Source of the DNA: Candidatus Eiseniibacteriota bacterium
Lineage (GTDB): Bacteria > Eisenbacteria > RBG-16-71-46 > CAIMUX01 > VGJL01
Direction of reading: 5' to 3'
DNA length: 64,000 nt
NCBI GenBank assembly: GCA_041946735.1
Contig: JBHGAY010000005.1
Span: 32,001-96,000, forward strand
The position numbers were made by a program, and so were the translations under genes. Each line of letters begins with the position of its first letter. The stretch's first letter is position 1. Below the pieces are notes generated by a model. It ran no database searches. It was not told where the DNA came from and was given only the letters and a program-made list of their open reading frames with translations. This document shows, piece after piece, positions 60,106 through 64,000 of the stretch.

Positions 60106-60813
60106 ATGAAGAGAATCGTTCCATCTCTCGCGGCCCTCCTGCTCCTGCCGGTCCTCGGCTGCTCGCCCGACCTGCGGGAGGAGCTGGGCCCCATCGTTCC
60201 GTTTCCGAACGTTCAGGGCACGGTCGTACGGGCCGGCGCCCCGGCCGAGGGGCTGAAAGTGAGGCTCCTCGAAACGGCGACCGATTCGGCGAGGAGCGAG
60301 GACCGAACGGCGCCAGACGGCCGCTACGCATTCAGCGAGGTGGGAGCGGGGGAGTGGACTCTGGAAGCGCGCTCGAACGACCCTGCCGACTTCTCGAGCG
60401 TGACCTATCCATTTGCGTTCGGGACTCCGGACACCTCGCTCGAGGCCCCGCCGCTCGAGATGTCGTTGCGCGGTCTCGCGCTTGGCTCGCCCGCCGACGG
60501 AGACACCTTGCCTGTGGCGAGTCCCGCAGCCCCGCTCACCTTCTCCTGGATCGCGCCGCAGCTTCCTCCGCAGGTCCAGGGCGTGACGATCCAGGTGCGC
60601 GTCTATGACGGTCAGGGCGATCCGGTCTGGTATTCCGAGAAGGTCGGCGCGGCGAGCGTCCGCTGGAACGGCCTGCAGAACCGGGGATCGGGGACGAACC
60701 GGCCGGCCTCGCCCGGCGCCTACAGCTGGAAGCTCCGGATGGAGATCGATGGCTCGGTGATCGAATGGACCACCTCCCGCCGGTCGTTCCTCTTCTCGGA
60801 GTCGATCCCATGA
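60106..60813 (+). CDS. Lipoprotein with carboxypeptidase-regulatory-like and FlgD-like Ig domains
   Basis: Lipobox 'VLGC'; 'DGRYAFSEVGAGEWTL'; 'WNG...SPGAYSW'. Confidence 0.7.
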   Translation: MKRIVPSLAALLLLPVLGCSPDLREELGPIVPFPNVQGTVVRAGAPAEGLKVRLLETATDSARSEDRTAPDGRYAFSEVGAGEWTLEARSNDPADFSSVTYPFAFGTPDTSLEAPPLEMSLRGLALGSPADGDTLPVASPAAPLTFSWIAPQLPPQVQGVTIQVRVYDGQGDPVWYSEKVGAASVRWNGLQNRGSGTNRPASPGAYSWKLRMEIDGSVIEWTTSRRSFLFSESIP

Positions 60814-63800
60814 GCCCGGTGCCAGGAGATGATCGGGGGAGAGGACCGATCGCGTATGTCGTGAAGATGTTTCCCCGACTCTCGGAGACATTCGTCACAA
60901 ATGAGCTTCTCGAGCTGAAGCGCCGCGGCCTCGACGTGCGGGTGCTTTCGCTGCTCCCGCCGACCGGCGCCGTCCAGTCGGAAGAGTCTCGCGCGCTGCT
61001 CGCGGATACGATCCAGGTGCCTCACTACCGGAACGGAACCGGGTTCGCTTCCCTCGTCCGATCGCATCGCCGTCTCTTGCGCCGGGATGCCGGCCGCTAT
61101 CTGCGGACCTTTGGGCTCGTCGCGCGCCGGTTTTCGGGATCTGCCTGGAAGAGGTTCCTGCAGGCGGGCGCTGTGGCGGAATGGTGCTTGGACAACGAGG
61201 TCCGACACCTGCATGCCGGCTTCGCCCACGTTCCCGCCAGCGTCGTCTGGTGGGCGAGCCGCCTGACCGGGATTCCATGGAGCTTTGCCGCTCATGCGAA
61301 GGACCTCTACCTCTCGGATCGTCGATCGCTTCGCAACAAGATGGACGCTGCCCGCTTCGTGTGGACCTGCACGGAAGCGAACGGCCGCTACCTCCGATCG
61401 CTGGGCAGCGCGACGGATGTCCACGTCGGGTATCACGGAGTCGACCTGGAGCGTTTCGGCCCGCCGCTTCACCCGACGTCTCGCGAAGGGTCAGGGTCCC
61501 GAGCGGGCGGTGCATCGATGGGCGACGGGCCGCCCACGATCCTCGCCGTCGGGCGGCTCGTCCCGAAGAAAGGCTTCGACGACCTGCTTCGCGCGGCCGC
61601 GATCCTGCAGGAGAAGCGGCTGGACTTCCGTCTCGTCTTCGTCGGCGATGGACCGCAGCGCGGCCCCCTGACGGACCTCGCCGGTCGCCTCGGCGTCGCG
61701 GGTCGCGCGCGGTTTCTCGGGAGCCTGCCTCCCGATCAGGTCAGCCGGGAATATGCGGGCGCCCGGCTGCTCGTGCTCCCTTCCATCGTCCTCGACAATG
61801 GGGACCGCGACGGAATCCCCAACGTCCTCGTGGAAGCGATGGCGATGGGGGTGCCGGTCGTCAGCACCCGGGTCTCGGCCATCCCCGAGCTGATCCGCGA
61901 CGGCGAAAACGGTCTGCTCGTCGATCCGGGCGCTCCGGCGCAGCTCGCGCGCGCGATCGACGCGGTGCTGGAGGATGCGCCGGCCGCGGCAGGCCGGGCG
62001 GCGCGCGCTCGCCTCGACGTGGCCGAGCGGTTCGATCTTCATGCGAACAGCGGAGCTCTGGCCGAACTGCTTCGCCGCCACTGCAGAGCGACGCGCGCTC
62101 TGTACGTGAGCGCCGACCTGGGAGTGCCGGTCCGGGGACACAAGGGCGCCTCGGCCCACGTCCGCGCGATCGCCAACGGTCTCGTGGAGGCGGGCCTCGC
62201 CGTGCGCGTCGTGACTCCATCGGCTGGCGAGGAGGCTTCGGAGGGCGGGAATCGATTCGACCCCCCCATCGACATCGTCTCCTGCCCTCGGTGGGCCGGC
62301 GCCCTCGTTGACCGCTCCCGGGAGCGCCGGTCTCTCTACGCATGGGCCAAAGAGGTGAGGCGCCTCGCATGGAACGGCCCGATGCATCGCCGGGTGCAGC
62401 AACTGCTCTCCGACTTCCGCCCCGACTTCGTGTACGAGCGCTATTCGCTCTGCTCGATCGCGACCGGACTCGCGTGCCGTCGCCGCCGGGTCCCATGGCT
62501 CCTCGAGGTCAACGCCCCGCTGGCGGATGAGGAGGCGGCGTATCGCGGGCTTCGGTTCCGGTGGCTGACGCGGCGACTCGAGCGCTGGATCCTCCGCCAT
62601 GCCGACCACGTATTTGTGGTCTCGCACCCGCTCCGGAGATGGGCTCTCGATGCCGGCGTATCTCCCGAGCGGTTGTCGGTCCTTCCGAATGCGGTCGACA
62701 CCGGGCTCTTCCGTCCCGGCGTCCCGGGCGTTGTCGAGAGGCGCCGCTCGTGGGAGTGGAGCGAAGAGGAGATCATCGTTGGCTTCGCTGGCTCCCTCAA
62801 GCCATGGCACGGAGGAGCTCTGCTGCTCGCCGCGTTCGAGCGCGCCATGGAAAGGGATCCGCGCCTCCGCCTCTGCATCATCGGGGACGGTCCGGAGAGG
62901 AAGGAGATCGAAAGGCGTGCGCGGCGCCGCGGCCTCGCCTCCGTCGTCCGCCTGACCGGTGCGGTGCCTCAGCGGGAAGTTCCGTCCATGCTCCGGGCAT
63001 GCGACATCCTCGTCGCCCCGTACCTGCCGCAGCCGAACCCCTACTTCTCGCCGCTGAAGGTCCTCGAGTATCTCGCCGTCGGGCGGCCCGTCCTCGCTTC
63101 CCGGATCGCGGACCTACCGGACCTCGTCACACCGGAATGCGGTCTTCTCCTCCCTCCCGGGGATCGTGCGGCTCTGCGCGATGCGATCCTCGACCTCGCC
63201 CGAGACCCGCGTCGGCGTGAGGCGATGGGGAAGGCGGCCGCCGACCGCGCGGCTCGCGAGGATTGGTCGGGCCGGGTCCGAACGATTCTCCTCGAGGCGC
63301 GACAGCGGCGGAGCGGCGGCGCGGCCCGGCCGCCCGCCACGTCGACGCGCGTCGCCTACGTGCTCAAGATGTTTCCCCGCTTCTCGGAGACTTTCATCGT
63401 CTCGGAGATCGTCGAGCTGGAGCGCCAGGGGCTCGAGATCCGCGTCTTCTCGATGAAGCAGCCGGCAGGCCGGCGGCAGGACGATGTGGACCGGGTCCGA
63501 GCGCGGGTGAGCGTGCTGCCGTGCGGCCTGGCCGCCCGCGGCGCGGTCCCCGCCGCCATCCGATGCCTGATCCACCATCCGCGCGGCTCGTTCCGCGCCT
63601 TCCGTTTCGCCGTCGGGCGCCGCGACCACCGGGCGCTCGTCAAGCTGTGGCAGGCGGCATTCGTCGCCGACCGCTCGCGGCGCGAGGGGATCGGGCACCT
63701 CCATGCGCACTTCGCGAGCGGTCCGACGCGAGTCGCGAAGCTCGCCTCGATGATCAGCGGGATTCCGTTCTCCTTCACGGCGCATGCGAAGGATCTCTAC

Positions 63801-64000
63801 TGGAGCGGGCACCAGCACACCGAGAGCCACAAGCTGAAGAAGCGGGTGAAGCTCGCGCGTTTCGTCGTCTCGGTCAGCAAGCGCAACGAGGACTTCCTCG
63901 GCAGCCTCGGATTCAGGGTCAAGGAGGGGAGGATCCGGACGATCTATCTCGGGCTGCGCCTCGAGGAGTTCCCCTTCGTGCCCCCCTCGGCCCGTCCGTC
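60810..64000 (+). CDS. Multi-module GT4 glycosyltransferase fusion (at least 3 modules), 3' end beyond window
   Basis: ATG overlaps upstream stop; same frame for module starts 'IAYVVKMFPRLSETF' (~60850), 'LYVSADLGVPVRGHKGASAH' (~62100) and 'VAYVLKMFPRFSETF' (~63350). Confidence 0.8.
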   Translation, partial: MSPVPGDDRGRGPIAYVVKMFPRLSETFVTNELLELKRRGLDVRVLSLLPPTGAVQSEESRALLADTIQVPHYRNGTGFASLVRSHRRLLRRDAGRYLRTFGLVARRFSGSAWKRFLQAGAVAEWCLDNEVRHLHAGFAHVPASVVWWASRLTGIPWSFAAHAKDLYLSDRRSLRNKMDAARFVWTCTEANGRYLRSLGSATDVHVGYHGVDLERFGPPLHPTSREGSGSRAGGASMGDGPPTILAVGRLVPKKGFDDLLRAAAILQEKRLDFRLVFVGDGPQRGPLTDLAGRLGVAGRARFLGSLPPDQVSREYAGARLLVLPSIVLDNGDRDGIPNVLVEAMAMGVPVVSTRVSAIPELIRDGENGLLVDPGAPAQLARAIDAVLEDAPAAAGRAARARLDVAERFDLHANSGALAELLRRHCRATRALYVSADLGVPVRGHKGASAHVRAIANGLVEAGLAVRVVTPSAGEEASEGGNRFDPPIDIVSCPRWAGALVDRSRERRSLYAWAKEVRRLAWNGPMHRRVQQLLSDFRPDFVYERYSLCSIATGLACRRRRVPWLLEVNAPLADEEAAYRGLRFRWLTRRLERWILRHADHVFVVSHPLRRWALDAGVSPERLSVLPNAVDTGLFRPGVPGVVERRRSWEWSEEEIIVGFAGSLKPWHGGALLLAAFERAMERDPRLRLCIIGDGPERKEIERRARRRGLASVVRLTGAVPQREVPSMLRACDILVAPYLPQPNPYFSPLKVLEYLAVGRPVLASRIADLPDLVTPECGLLLPPGDRAALRDAILDLARDPRRREAMGKAAADRAAREDWSGRVRTILLEARQRRSGGAARPPATSTRVAYVLKMFPRFSETFIVSEIVELERQGLEIRVFSMKQPAGRRQDDVDRVRARVSVLPCGLAARGAVPAAIRCLIHHPRGSFRAFRFAVGRRDHRALVKLWQAAFVADRSRREGIGHLHAHFASGPTRVAKLASMISGIPFSFTAHAKDLYWSGHQHTESHKLKKRVKLARFVVSVSKRNEDFLGSLGFRVKEGRIRTIYLGLRLEEFPFVPPSARP

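Overview
High-GC bacterial chromosomal window. Several secreted proteins carry C-terminal FlgD-Ig/T9SS-like domains and one has an 'SWGxxxxLFR' tail, which suggests Candidatus Eisenbacteria or a related FCB-associated lineage (inference). Core content: sdhCDAB, split class I fumarase, trpS, an ADP-forming acyl-CoA synthetase, PFOR (nifJ) with a DHODH-like partner, tandem ferredoxins, archaeal-type topoisomerase VI (top6BA), RmuC, TerC, an MFS transporter, many glycosyltransferases and secreted peptidases. Most notable: (1) three ORFs cut short or missed by the ORF track appear to read through an in-frame UGA, each followed by a bacterial SECIS-like hairpin with a GU-containing loop 21-25 nt downstream. 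They are a membrane micro-protein and an FmdB zinc ribbon flanking a BigR/SqrR-like two-Cys ArsR regulator, and a secreted beta-sandwich protein whose C-terminal motif lies beyond the UGA. (2) A four-gene operon encoding a His-motif membrane protein, cytochrome c', a Cyc2-like cytochrome-porin fusion and a lipoprotein with a non-canonical CXCH heme motif. (3) An ECF sigma / zinc anti-sigma / TPR-CHAT caspase-like protease / secreted S8 protease cassette. (4) A long structured leader upstream of PFOR. (5) A fusion of at least three GT4 modules. No rRNA, tRNA, CRISPR array or mobile element was recognised.
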